DNA of 61,892 bases from a virus (lineage: Duplodnaviria > Caudoviricetes): positions 1-61,892 of the IMG/VR virus record IMGVR_UViG_3300036945_000312; one strand, given 5' to 3'. Below the pieces are notes generated by a model that was not told the DNA's origin, did not search any database, and saw nothing but the letters and a program-made list of their open reading frames with translations. This document shows, in pieces, positions 18,704 through 28,714 of this stretch. The stretch's first letter is position 1, and each line of letters starts with the position of its first letter. The translations under genes and the position numbers were made by a program.

Positions 18704-19615
18704 TTAAGACGAACCGGGGGAGCCGTAGATACCCAGCGGATCAGACACGCCGAACGAATAACGCTCACGAGCCTTGTAACGCACGTTACCGGTATCGAAG
18801 TCACCGTCCATAGAGTTCTGCAGGGGCGTACGCACAAAGTGCTTCAGACCGTTAGGAACATCAGTCAACAGGAACCAGCCGTTTGTATCAGTCAAGAAGT
18901 GGTTCACGGTGTAACCACCGGGGATAGAACCATTGTTCTTCAAGGCATTGATATCGTTGTCGGTAGTACCAACGCGCTGTTCAGTTTCCAGCAAACGAGT
19001 TGCCACGAACATCAAAGCGGGAGGAACAACCAACTTCTTGGGCTTGGCAGCGATCAGCAAACTACGCTCATCAGTCCATGCGGCGATCTGAATCACAGCA
19101 TTTTCCAAAGAAGTTTCGTTCAGGTCAGCAGCCACCGAAGGACGATTGCTGTTAGTACCGCCAGAGACCAGCGGGTGCAGCGTAGAACACAAAGCAACAC
19201 CGTCACCGTAAGTGACTGCGGAGCTAAAGGCATTGTTCAAGACCGTTGCAGCCTTGACTTGCTTTGTGTACGACATACCACGGGCCAGTGCTTTGGTGTA
19301 GCGGGCTGAGAGACTATCGTACAGATTGTCTTCAACGGCTTCTTCAGTGATACTGAAGCCCATTGCGATGGTTTCGTGGTTGTACCGGGCGGTCCAAGCT
19401 TCCTGCGCGTTGTCATAAGCAATCGCAGAACCCTCGTTCTTCACCGGAGCAGCGGAGAAACCAGACAGTTTGGTCTCTTCTTCAAAGGAACGCTCAGAAG
19501 ACTCAGTTTCATAAATCTCTTTATGCTCTTCGCCGTACTTCGCATATTCCAGACCGAACAAGGCGTTCAATCCGGGGAGCAGTTCTTTAAGTAGTTGTGC
19601 GCGTGAAATAGCCAT
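18704..19615 (-). CDS. Major capsid protein (Mu gpT-like, HK97 fold)
   Basis: MAISRAQLLKELLPGLNALFGLEY, KLVVPPAL, DFDTGNVRYKARERYSFG; strong RBS and terminator. Confidence 0.9.
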   Translation of the reverse strand: MAISRAQLLKELLPGLNALFGLEYAKYGEEHKEIYETESSERSFEEETKLSGFSAAPVKNEGSAIAYDNAQEAWTARYNHETIAMGFSITEEAVEDNLYDSLSARYTKALARGMSYTKQVKAATVLNNAFSSAVTYGDGVALCSTLHPLVSGGTNSNRPSVAADLNETSLENAVIQIAAWTDERSLLIAAKPKKLVVPPALMFVATRLLETEQRVGTTDNDINALKNNGSIPGGYTVNHFLTDTNGWFLLTDVPNGLKHFVRTPLQNSMDGDFDTGNVRYKARERYSFGVSDPLGIYGSPGSS

Positions 19616-19629
19616 GATTTAGCTCCTTA

Positions 19630-20481
19630 TTAAGCGACAGCAGCGCCAATGTAATACTGGTGCTGGGCGAAGTTGATTTTCACCAAAATCTCCGAGTACT
19701 GAGTAAACACAATGGTTGAGCTTGCAGGGATTGCAACAATGCTGCCGGGAACAGCAACCGCCAAGTTGATATTGATGGTAGTCGAACCTGCAGCGTTATT
19801 AGCCTGCACATACGAACCAGTCTGTACCAGTTGACCATTAGCTGCGATGTACGCCACATCTGCACCCGCCAGAATCGCGCTTGGAAGGCCAGTGCCTGTC
19901 AGCGTAATTGCGGTAGTTGTAGAAGAGCCTACTGCCGACACTGAGGAGGAGGTCTCACGGACCATATCCACAACACGCAGGGGGAAGGTACCTGTGATAG
20001 CGGGAGCGCCAGCACCAGTAACCGAGGCAATAGCGTTTGCCGAATTGCCAGTGTTCAGATTAACAGCGTTGTTAATCATCTGGATATTCTGACCGATCAA
20101 CGCATTATTGGCAGAGCCGATAACGGTAGTAGCGGAGCAAACAGCGCCTTTGAACACGGTGTCAGGATCATCAGTAACAATAGCTACTGCGTCACCAGCC
20201 AACGTACCAGCGGGCCAATATTGCGAGAAGAACTTCTGCTTGGTCAATGGGTTCGTGTACGAACAGCCAAGGAAAATACCGACAAGACCACTAGCGCCCG
20301 CTGCAGTTACCTGCAGACGAACAGCGGTGCCGCGATTCAACGCAACAAAGTCGCCATAACCAATATCAGTGGCATAGCCATACTGAATTGGGTAATTACG
20401 GGTAGAACCCGAGAATACTTGTCCGCCGATCAGGTTGACCGGCTTTAGCCCGTAGGGGGCATCAACGGTGGGGTAAGCCAT
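19630..20481 (-). CDS. Minor capsid / cement protein
   Basis: APYGLKPVNLIGG, GIFLGCSYT, DDPDTVF; directly upstream of the capsid gene. Confidence 0.7.
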   Translation of the reverse strand: MAYPTVDAPYGLKPVNLIGGQVFSGSTRNYPIQYGYATDIGYGDFVALNRGTAVRLQVTAAGASGLVGIFLGCSYTNPLTKQKFFSQYWPAGTLAGDAVAIVTDDPDTVFKGAVCSATTVIGSANNALIGQNIQMINNAVNLNTGNSANAIASVTGAGAPAITGTFPLRVVDMVRETSSSVSAVGSSTTTAITLTGTGLPSAILAGADVAYIAANGQLVQTGSYVQANNAAGSTTININLAVAVPGSIVAIPASSTIVFTQYSEILVKINFAQHQYYIGAAVA

Positions 20482-20495
20482 CTTAGACTCCTAAA

Positions 20496-20954
20496 TTAAG
20501 TACCTTTACCGAAAGTGACTTGGGACTTACGTTCTTTGAACATAGGCATCCGTGGGTCATTTTCACGCATATAAGTGTTATCCACAGAACTCATTTGAGC
20601 GTCCGCTTGGTTGCGGTAATACGCATCACGTTGTTCCACGAACTCCACGGGTGTTTTGCATAACAACAAACCACCGATTTCAACTGAATCAGGGAATCGT
20701 GACGACTGCCCGGACATTAGCCGAATCTCAGGATGATCTGAAGCCTTTACAGGTTCCCAACCTTCACGAAGTTTTGAAGAGACGTTAAGCGGGTCAGCAT
20801 TATTCAACGTGCTAACTCGAATCCAACGAAATGCAAAGCCGGGTTCCGCATTAGGGTCCGGCAGTAGCTGGGGCGGGGTCCATTTTGTGGGGCGCTCCAT
20901 TTTCGCTCGGGTTTCAAGATCACGTGGTTGTCTAATAGTTTCAGCCATAATCAT
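20496..20954 (-). CDS. Conserved head-module protein
   Basis: WTPPQLLP..PGFAFRWIR..REGWEPV..IGGLLLCK. Confidence 0.75.
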   Translation of the reverse strand: MIMAETIRQPRDLETRAKMERPTKWTPPQLLPDPNAEPGFAFRWIRVSTLNNADPLNVSSKLREGWEPVKASDHPEIRLMSGQSSRFPDSVEIGGLLLCKTPVEFVEQRDAYYRNQADAQMSSVDNTYMRENDPRMPMFKERKSQVTFGKGT

Positions 20955-21889
20955 TTCCTCATTTCGTCAGCAACCTTACGGGCATACAGTTCCAATGGAA
21001 CTCCAAGCCTTTTGGCGATAGACACTTGCGTTTGCGTTAGTACGACCTTTCGGGGAGCAGTACTTCGGGTTGCGGGTGCCACTACGTTCCTTTTTTGTGT
21101 GCGCTGAGAATTAGCATCAGCGGTTCCGTCTGACTCGAACTTGTCCGGGAACACTTGTCGCACACGAGAATTAACGCGATCATAGTAGGTATCAGATTGT
21201 GGATCAATACCTTCTTTGATTAACTTGTTGTGCAAGCCAAGAGCAAAGCTAGTCATCTCATCATCAGACCCAAACCAACTATTATCTTGCTGCCATTCTA
21301 CTGCTTTTCTATCTTCAGGAGGGCTAGCAGCATATTGTTGTGGTTGTACCACAGGTTTATCCGGTTGTACAGTAGCCGGTTTAAAGTTATTAACCCGCTC
21401 GGCTTTCATCTTCACCGTGGTCATATTCTCCTGAGCCGCTACAAGCGCATCAGAATCCCCGGCTTCATACGCATTCTTATAGGCCCGCTTGGCTTGCTCT
21501 AGCTCATTAGCGACTACTTTCTTGGCCTGCTCAAGCAGTGCGGTCTGCCCTTGGTTCAAGGAACCTTTAAGCTGCCGGTTCTCTTCGGCAATAGTCTGGG
21601 CAATCCGTACAGCCTCTTCGCGCTCCCGCAGAGCGGATTCTTTGGCCCGCCGCTCTTCGTGGTAGCCCTTAGTAAAGTGCTTAATGCGCTTCTTGGCACT
21701 ATCTGAATAGCTATCGAGTTCTTCGTCAGTAGGGTCTACCGGGGCCTCTGCCATAGGCTTGCGGTTACGGTCCCGCTCGGGAGTATCGTCTACGATCTCA
21801 ACTTCTGGGGCTACAACCCGCCCACCTACTCGGGGATTAGAAGTTTCAATTTCGTCAGGAAACTCAAATTCAGTTTTTTCGATAGTCAT
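20951..21889 (-). CDS. Scaffolding protein
   Basis: Acidic N-terminus, long coiled coil, C-terminal IAKRLGVPLELYAR. Confidence 0.75.
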   Translation of the reverse strand: MTIEKTEFEFPDEIETSNPRVGGRVVAPEVEIVDDTPERDRNRKPMAEAPVDPTDEELDSYSDSAKKRIKHFTKGYHEERRAKESALREREEAVRIAQTIAEENRQLKGSLNQGQTALLEQAKKVVANELEQAKRAYKNAYEAGDSDALVAAQENMTTVKMKAERVNNFKPATVQPDKPVVQPQQYAASPPEDRKAVEWQQDNSWFGSDDEMTSFALGLHNKLIKEGIDPQSDTYYDRVNSRVRQVFPDKFESDGTADANSQRTQKRNVVAPATRSTAPRKVVLTQTQVSIAKRLGVPLELYARKVADEMRK

Positions 21890-21898
21890 ACTAGCTCC

Positions 21899-22315
21899 TT
21901 AGGGACGTTGAATACCGCGAGGGTCTTGAACTACTGCTTCTACAGAATCATCGTTAATGATCCGCCATTCGGTATCGTGAATCTTCATACGAGTACCTGT
22001 ATTAGGGCGTACAAGAATAAAATCACCAACAGCGCAAGAAGGTCCTGAAGGAAACCGTTTTTCATCTTTGAAGGCATCGGGGCCAATTTTTGCTACGAAC
22101 AATACCGGAGATAACAACTCCTCATGGCGCTGTGCTTGGCTAGATTTCAAAATCCCACCGTCATACTCTTCCTTAGCCTCAGGGAGCATACAGAGAATAT
22201 GATACGTAACCGGATCAGGAATCTGTTTGGCTTTGGCTTCGCTAGTCCCCGCCAAAATAGATACGGGCCCCCTAGGGTCTGCCGTATGACTAATTAGGAA
22301 TTCATTCGTCTTCAT
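21899..22315 (-). CDS. groES: Co-chaperonin GroES-like (Cpn10)
   Basis: Start moved to ATG 22315 (GGAG RBS); GGIL mobile loop, KIGPDAF, VGDFILV, RIINDDSVEAVV. Confidence 0.8.
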   Translation of the reverse strand: MKTNEFLISHTADPRGPVSILAGTSEAKAKQIPDPVTYHILCMLPEAKEEYDGGILKSSQAQRHEELLSPVLFVAKIGPDAFKDEKRFPSGPSCAVGDFILVRPNTGTRMKIHDTEWRIINDDSVEAVVQDPRGIQRP

Positions 22316-22493
22316 ATCGCTCCAGTTTCTTACGCAGGTCTTGTAGATCAGTGAGTGCAAGGCCAAGACCGTAGATAACCCCGCACATTCTTTGGTACTC
22401 CCCAAAGTCTTTACAACTCCCTTTTGAGAGGGAGTCTGCCATGTAGTCCACATGGGCTTTAAATTTCTTATCGAGAACTTCTAGTTCGGTCAT
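22302..22493 (-). CDS. Conserved small head-module protein
   Basis: KDFGEYQRMCGVIYGL motif. Confidence 0.75.
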   Translation of the reverse strand: MTELEVLDKKFKAHVDYMADSLSKGSCKDFGEYQRMCGVIYGLGLALTDLQDLRKKLERYEDE

Positions 22494-23224
22494 AGGGGCT
22501 CCATAGTGATATGGTTAATCTTATGCCCCGCAGCCCATATTCTTATATGATTGCATACAACACGTTCTGTACAGGTCCCACAAGACTTAACATGTCCTAA
22601 CTTTTGAGCATTATTGGGATGGGATCGGTGTGCATATAGAACTTTAGGTAAATGTGCAGTAGGGAATTTGTCTGCTATCTGTGCAAAAATGTCGGAATCT
22701 TCACACGCGCTAACTAGCTTATCGTTATACCCCTCTATATAGTCCATCACATTGCGACGAAACATACAAAAATGACGATGTGCGTATGTATAGGATTGCG
22801 ACTGGTCAAAAGAGCGTTCTGAAGCATAGTTCATAAACACTCCTTTTTCATCAATGTGTAAACGATCAGAGTACAACATTGATACTTTAGTCCGCTCAAA
22901 CTCCCGCAACATTTCCTCTATAGCCCAACGTTCTAACAAATCATCTTGATCGAAATGCGCTACATAGTCTCCTGTAGATGCCTCGTAAGTTCGTTTACGA
23001 TTTTTAGGAATACCTAAGGTTGTGCTATTACGAAACACTTTTATTCGTGTATCGTACTCTGCAAAATTAAGCGCAGTACCCCATGTAGTGTCCGTAGAGC
23101 AATCATCTACGATAACAAGTTCCCAGTTTTTATGGGTTTGGGCTTGTACGCTTTCTATAGCAAGAGCTAAATACGCGCCTGCATTGTAAGTAGGCATTAG
23201 TAACGAGACTAAATCCAAACTCAT
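22490..23224 (-). CDS. Glycosyltransferase family 2
   Basis: VSLLMPTYN, ELVIVDDCSTD, FDQDD (DxD), ED motif; AT-rich. Confidence 0.92.
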   Translation of the reverse strand: MSLDLVSLLMPTYNAGAYLALAIESVQAQTHKNWELVIVDDCSTDTTWGTALNFAEYDTRIKVFRNSTTLGIPKNRKRTYEASTGDYVAHFDQDDLLERWAIEEMLREFERTKVSMLYSDRLHIDEKGVFMNYASERSFDQSQSYTYAHRHFCMFRRNVMDYIEGYNDKLVSACEDSDIFAQIADKFPTAHLPKVLYAHRSHPNNAQKLGHVKSCGTCTERVVCNHIRIWAAGHKINHITMEPL

Positions 23225-23763
23225 TTTGTATATCTCCCAAATACTTGTATAGTGGTTCTAGGTTGAGCATCAGGGGTAGTACTAAATACTGAATGCTCTA
23301 AAGGAGTATGAATACGAACGGCATTGTTGAATTCAGGTTTAATACACTTTATTTCAGAAGCTACTTTGTATGCAAAATATCCGCCCCAATCAATATCCCA
23401 TTCAGGATTACAGTAAATAGTCATTGCAAAATCCCAAGCATGGTCCGCGTGCCACGGTATATAACTCCCCGGCATCCATTTATAGTACATTGCATATAGG
23501 TACTCAAATTTGGCTAAATCAGGAGCTAAAGTACGTACCGCAGTAAATATCTCTTGCATTAACTCGTCTGATAAATCGTACACAAGTACAGCGTTACTAC
23601 ACTTAACGATACCTTCATTCCAGCAGGAATGATTAGACCTACAACTGGTTTGCGATTTTGCAAAGGTCTCAATACGCTGAATCAATGCAAGGGGAAGCAT
23701 ATTTTTGTATACCATTATTCCTTGTGGAGCGGGGATAGGAGTAGGAATAGGAGTCGTGTTCAT
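23221..23763 (-). CDS. 2OG-Fe(II) dioxygenase (prolyl-hydroxylase-like superfamily)
   Basis: Start moved to ATG 23763; WHAD (HxD), WDIDWGG, HSV, distal R (RTTIQVF). Confidence 0.88.
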   Translation of the reverse strand: MNTTPIPTPIPAPQGIMVYKNMLPLALIQRIETFAKSQTSCRSNHSCWNEGIVKCSNAVLVYDLSDELMQEIFTAVRTLAPDLAKFEYLYAMYYKWMPGSYIPWHADHAWDFAMTIYCNPEWDIDWGGYFAYKVASEIKCIKPEFNNAVRIHTPLEHSVFSTTPDAQPRTTIQVFGRYTK

Positions 23764-23765
23764 AA

Positions 23766-24644
23766 TTAAACGCTCTGGGTCCGTATCCATTTAGTAGCCA
23801 CCCATTTCTCCCCGGCTATTACCGGATTTCCCCCGTGTAGGGTACTAATATCAGTATCGTCGGGGTAGCTAAAAAATACCGCATTACCTGCTACGGGTTG
23901 AATGTCTAGTCCTAAATTTGGGAATGTAGTCGCCCCACCTGCGTCTGGGGTGTTCAAGTACATCAACAAAGTTCCAACCCGAGGACCCCCGGGCCGGGTA
24001 GCTTTAGCCTCGTCTATAAAATAGTCATAGTGCGGTAGATACTGCTGGCCTACATCATACTTAAGTACTTGCAGCCCCTCCCCATGAGTAACTGGAAAGT
24101 TAAGCACCTTAGAAATTCTGTCCTCGATACGGGTAACGGTATCATTCTCAGCACGATGAAAAAAGGTTCCGTGGCTAGTTCGGCTATTAGAAAGCTCACT
24201 AGCTCCTGTATCAAGCGCCATACCCATAGAAGGTGTTAGCTTAGGTGTAGATAAAGCTATTAAGGTAGCACATTCTGTAGGACTTAAAAAGTTTGAGAAC
24301 AATACAATATTAGGAGTTTTAAATATAGCCTGTATCGTAAATTGATGCCCCTCAATAATAAATGTACTTTTACTATCGGCTTTAATGCTAGGAATAGGGT
24401 TTACCGCAGAACCTACCTGCGCTTTCAGTGCGTCTATTTGAGCTTTAGCGTCATTATATTTTTGGGTCATGCGCTCTAAGGCTGTATACCCGGGAAGCTT
24501 TTTAATACGATCTAGTAGCTCTTGAACTTCTACAGCGTCCATACCCGCCTGAAGCATTTGCGCTTTAATAACCTCTGCGGGTACCCCTAGGGCTGTATTT
24601 TCCGCAGCCCAACTAGCCCATTCAATATTTAGTGAAGTTCCCAT
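23766..24644 (-). CDS. Prolyl 4-hydroxylase-like 2OG-Fe(II) dioxygenase
   Basis: FLSPTEC, RTSHG, EGLQVLKY..GQQYLPHYDYF, RVGTLLMYLN..GGATTFP, HGGNPV..GEKWVATKWIR. Confidence 0.92.
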   Translation of the reverse strand: MGTSLNIEWASWAAENTALGVPAEVIKAQMLQAGMDAVEVQELLDRIKKLPGYTALERMTQKYNDAKAQIDALKAQVGSAVNPIPSIKADSKSTFIIEGHQFTIQAIFKTPNIVLFSNFLSPTECATLIALSTPKLTPSMGMALDTGASELSNSRTSHGTFFHRAENDTVTRIEDRISKVLNFPVTHGEGLQVLKYDVGQQYLPHYDYFIDEAKATRPGGPRVGTLLMYLNTPDAGGATTFPNLGLDIQPVAGNAVFFSYPDDTDISTLHGGNPVIAGEKWVATKWIRTQSV

Positions 24645-27143
24645 TTAGTATCTCCTAAGTTTCTGTGCCGCTTGTTGTGCGGCTAGCTGCTGCTTGAGTT
24701 GGTTCGCCTGCACTGCTGCAGCCATCTTCTGCTGCTGGACCTGCTGTGCGTGTGTAAGCTGTTGCTGGTGGGCTTGCTGGCCCTGCTGAAGCTCCTGCAT
24801 GTGCCGCTGCTGTGCCAAGGCCGGGTCTTCGCCGCGCTTGCTAGCCATCTCCTGCGTCTTAAGCTGCAACTCGGCCTGCTTGATCTGCAGGTCCCCCTGA
24901 ATCTTCTGGCCCTTAAGCTCAACCTCTTTGCCTTTAAGCTGCAACTCGGCTTGCTGAAGCTGCATCATCGGGTCTTGCGCCATCTGCTGATTCTGGGCTT
25001 GCTGGGCTTGGGACATATTCAACTGCAGCAACTGCGTAGCGGCTTGCGCGGTCAGGCGGGCTAGCTGAACTTCTACGTCCTCAGGCAAGTCCGAGTCTGG
25101 TGCAGGCATCAGGACGCCCATCTGCTCCTCGATCTTGCGGCGATACGCAAAGGCCAAATGCTCAGAAATATGCGCCATCGTCGCAGCCATCATCTGCTGC
25201 GCCATCGGATTCTGACCCATTGTCTGCCCGATCATCGGGTCTTTCATAAACGTTGTGTGTACAGCGATGTGAGCATCGTGATCTTGGTAAATAAACGCCT
25301 TAACGGGTTTGCCATTAAGGAACGCCATGTTCTCGCTAATCGGATCGCGGGGCTTCAGGTCATCGTCAATCGGAACCAATTTCTCTGCGTTCTTGATACC
25401 CAACACCTCAAGCATCTGGCGGTGCAACTGGGGCAAGTCGTAAATCTGCGGGGCTCCCTGCGCCAACTGGATTGCAGCTTGGTACTGCATGATCCGCTGG
25501 GCCATTGTGGTGCTGTTGGGATCGCTGACCGGGATAACCTCCACCAGTGAGTAGTCGCTGCGCTTGGCCTTACGGTCGCCTTTAGCGGGGTCATACTCGT
25601 AGTCGTCCGGAGCGTTGTCTCCAATGATCGCAGCTAGAAGCTTGAACTCCTGCTTCATGGACGCATGGACCCGGGCCTGCACAGCACTCATGGTCTTCAG
25701 CGTACGCTCCAGCAACGCCAGCGTAGTGCCCACAGGCGCATTACCCGACATGTCGGCAATCTTCATGTCACTGATAGCCCCCAGTCGGCGGGCCTCATCG
25801 GTAATCTGGTTCAGCAGCGCCAACAGCGTTTGGCTAGGCTCCTTGTACGGCAGGGGCATGATGTTGTCCCGGACTGTCCCGGAAGCGACATCTACGTCCC
25901 GGAACTCGCCCGGAGCGATGGGAGTGTCATCTCCCTTGATACGCAAGCCACGCGCCTTCAAGCCACCCGGCAGATTAGCTAGTGAGCCCGCATCAATCAA
26001 CTGACGAATCAGCGAGGTACCCGCCCGGGCGTAGCCGCCAATCAGGTTAATCAATCCAAAGCCATAGGCACCGAAGCCGGGGATATACGTGTACTGTACG
26101 AAGTGTTGCCGCTTCTGCTTGGTTACGTCATCCTCTTCCCAGTTCCTGCGGATAGCCAGCACGTTGCTAGTGCCGCGCTCAATAGTGACCACATACGGCA
26201 GGGCAATCCCATCGTCATCCTCGTACCCGGGCATATCCCAGTCAACGTGAATTTCCAGCAACTGAAACCGGTCATCGTCAGTGACGCTGTAGCCCTGCTC
26301 TTCAGCCTTTTTCTTCTCAACGTCCGTAGTGATGTGAACCGGATCGCCAAGGTCCACCTCACGATAAAACCCAGCTACCTGCAGCTTGCGAACCTCGTTC
26401 TCCGTCTTACGCATGACATGGGTAACCCGCTCTGCAGTCTGCGAACTAGACGCGCCATACGGGATGATGACATCTTCAGCAGGGACAAACAGCGACACTT
26501 GCCTACGCATCGACGGGTCGTAATACACCTTCTTGAACGCAGAACCGGACAATCCAAGGTTAAACAACATGCGCTCATGCTCTGGCCGATACTCAGGCAT
26601 CTTCTCCAGAATCTGATAATTCATGTCCTCCTGCACTCGCGCAGCGGCCTCTTCGGTATCTTTCGTAGCCGCCCCCACGATGGAAGTCCGCACTGGACCC
26701 GCAGCAGGGAACGTCTCTGTCGCCATCTCGGCCTGAAACCGAATCGCAGCTTCAGTCAGCACTGTGGAATATACGCCACAAGCCCCACTCCAAGGCTCTG
26801 TACGTTCGTCGTACTTCATGCCCAAGACCTCAAGGCCCTTCACATACGCATCAACCCAGTCCTTGCGGGAGTTAATGTCGGCATCCACCAAGGCTAGCAG
26901 GTCACCCGCAAGCTCAGTCAACTCGCCCTCATCCATGAATTCTGCAAGGTTGTCGCCAAAATCCTCACCTTGAGTGGGCTCAGGAATCAGCGTAATTTCC
27001 ACGCTACCATCGGCCAGCGTGACCCGATCCGGGTTTTCAATCTCGATCTCCAGATCAGGCTCTGTATTCGCAACAACATCCGTAATAGAGTCGAGCCCCA
27101 GCGGTGCAGGGTTCAGGGAAGAGAACATGTTTGAGGTAGCCAT
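24645..27143 (-). CDS. Portal protein (P22-like)
   Basis: 832 aa; GSAFKKVYYD, YGFGL, Gln-rich C-terminal coiled barrel; follows terminase. Confidence 0.9.
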   Translation of the reverse strand: MATSNMFSSLNPAPLGLDSITDVVANTEPDLEIEIENPDRVTLADGSVEITLIPEPTQGEDFGDNLAEFMDEGELTELAGDLLALVDADINSRKDWVDAYVKGLEVLGMKYDERTEPWSGACGVYSTVLTEAAIRFQAEMATETFPAAGPVRTSIVGAATKDTEEAAARVQEDMNYQILEKMPEYRPEHERMLFNLGLSGSAFKKVYYDPSMRRQVSLFVPAEDVIIPYGASSSQTAERVTHVMRKTENEVRKLQVAGFYREVDLGDPVHITTDVEKKKAEEQGYSVTDDDRFQLLEIHVDWDMPGYEDDDGIALPYVVTIERGTSNVLAIRRNWEEDDVTKQKRQHFVQYTYIPGFGAYGFGLINLIGGYARAGTSLIRQLIDAGSLANLPGGLKARGLRIKGDDTPIAPGEFRDVDVASGTVRDNIMPLPYKEPSQTLLALLNQITDEARRLGAISDMKIADMSGNAPVGTTLALLERTLKTMSAVQARVHASMKQEFKLLAAIIGDNAPDDYEYDPAKGDRKAKRSDYSLVEVIPVSDPNSTTMAQRIMQYQAAIQLAQGAPQIYDLPQLHRQMLEVLGIKNAEKLVPIDDDLKPRDPISENMAFLNGKPVKAFIYQDHDAHIAVHTTFMKDPMIGQTMGQNPMAQQMMAATMAHISEHLAFAYRRKIEEQMGVLMPAPDSDLPEDVEVQLARLTAQAATQLLQLNMSQAQQAQNQQMAQDPMMQLQQAELQLKGKEVELKGQKIQGDLQIKQAELQLKTQEMASKRGEDPALAQQRHMQELQQGQQAHQQQLTHAQQVQQQKMAAAVQANQLKQQLAAQQAAQKLRRY

Positions 27144-27151
27144 AGGTATCC

Positions 27152-28714
27152 TTAGTAGTAAGCAGCTTTACGTGCCGCTTGGTAGTCCGCATTATCCCCG
27201 TGGTCAGAGGCTAACCGCAAGAGGCCCCCCTTCCGGATACGAATAAGTGCCAGTGTGCAGGTATCTACTTGGTCGTCATGCTCCCCGCTAGGGAATGCCA
27301 GCAGTTCTTCAACCACGCTAGTAGCCCATGCAGTCTCCGGGAACCACACTTGGCCGCTCAGGAACATATCACTAACCGAATTCAGCCGTGCAATCTTGTC
27401 TTGGCCCTTACCGGGGCTGTAATCCTGCACAAACAGCCCTGACCGGCGCATTTCATCAATCAGCGGTTGTCCGCTGGCCTTAGCCTCGACAATTATGCTA
27501 TCGGGCTCCCAATCTTTGGCCTGTTGCAGTGCCATTTGCTTCAATTCGGGAAATTCCCACTTGCCCCGCACACAATTCAGCAGAATAGCGTTGTCAATCT
27601 CTTCCTCGTTCTTCCAAACGCCCCATGTTTGGCACACAGAGTAGTCCGAACGGGTTTTCGTGGTCAGTGCAGTGTCAAAAGCCTGCACAATGTAGTCAAC
27701 AGCAGGAGGTTTCTCCTTGGGCCACCACTTAATATGGTCCCGTTTGACAATCGCAGCCTCTTGCGCCGTGGGATTTTGCTGATATTGAGCGTTCCACTGC
27801 CATGCAGGCATAGACGCCTTGGTCCGCAGGAGGGATTCCAAGCTCCACTGCTCCGGCCACAGAGACTTCTGGATGGTAGCGGGCGCATCCGGGTCAAAAT
27901 TAGCGTTTGCAGTGTCCGCCAGCGGGTTAGCTAGCTCCAAAATGGCCGGAAACTCGAACATATCGTACTGATCGCCATCTTCATTCAGCGTACTGTCCTT
28001 CAGCAAGCGTCCAATCAGATCGCGCTGGTGCCAGCGAGTGTGGAGAATGCAAATCTTGCCCCCGGGCATCAGTCGAGTCCGCAGGCCCGCACGGAACCAC
28101 TCGTAGATACCATCGAGGGAGGTCGTGTTTCCACTCTTAATATCCTGTTCGGAGATCGGATCGTCCACCACAACCAAGTTGGCCCCCCGGCCAGCCAACG
28201 CACCTCCAACACCTGTGGCGTAGACCTCCCCGCCTTTGGTCGTGTTCCACTTGCCCGCAGCCTTGGCATCAGCAGCGATAGCTACGCCCGGAAATATCCG
28301 TTTGTAGTCGGGAGTTTGCATAAGGTTACGCACCTTACGCGCCATGTCCACAGCCAAGTCAACCGTATGGGAGGCCACAATCATCTTGTGGTCGGGGTGT
28401 TTACCCAAGTACCACGCAGGGTAGTAGATGGATATCATCTGGCTTTTACCAAACCGGGGGGCCATTGACACGGCAATCCGATCCTTCTCGCCCGCCTCTA
28501 CCTGCGTCAGGAGCGCCCCTAGCCTCTTCAGGTGGGTTCCAAACTTGTAGGCGGGGTCCACAGCCGCAATAAACGCAAGGAAGTCCCCTTGCGCCAGCAT
28601 CGTACGCTTACGCTCTTCCAACTCATCCAGCAACGCTAGGGTGTTTGCCATGTCCAAGTGCGACATGTTCGGGATATTAGCCAGCAGCCGCTGGACATCA
28701 GTGAGGTCCGTCAT
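27152..28714 (-). CDS. terL: Terminase large subunit
   Basis: Walker A MAPRFGKS, Walker B VVVDDP, TRWH, YQQNP, nuclease motif HDDQVD. Confidence 0.95.
   Translation of the reverse strand: MTDLTDVQRLLANIPNMSHLDMANTLALLDELEERKRTMLAQGDFLAFIAAVDPAYKFGTHLKRLGALLTQVEAGEKDRIAVSMAPRFGKSQMISIYYPAWYLGKHPDHKMIVASHTVDLAVDMARKVRNLMQTPDYKRIFPGVAIAADAKAAGKWNTTKGGEVYATGVGGALAGRGANLVVVDDPISEQDIKSGNTTSLDGIYEWFRAGLRTRLMPGGKICILHTRWHQRDLIGRLLKDSTLNEDGDQYDMFEFPAILELANPLADTANANFDPDAPATIQKSLWPEQWSLESLLRTKASMPAWQWNAQYQQNPTAQEAAIVKRDHIKWWPKEKPPAVDYIVQAFDTALTTKTRSDYSVCQTWGVWKNEEEIDNAILLNCVRGKWEFPELKQMALQQAKDWEPDSIIVEAKASGQPLIDEMRRSGLFVQDYSPGKGQDKIARLNSVSDMFLSGQVWFPETAWATSVVEELLAFPSGEHDDQVDTCTLALIRIRKGGLLRLASDHGDNADYQAARKAAYY

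Noticed and set aside
23221-24644. TET/JBP base-hypermodification enzymes
   Set aside because: Motifs match prolyl-hydroxylase-like families, the genes lie in the late head operon, and no DNA methyltransferase was seen; kept only as a less likely alternative
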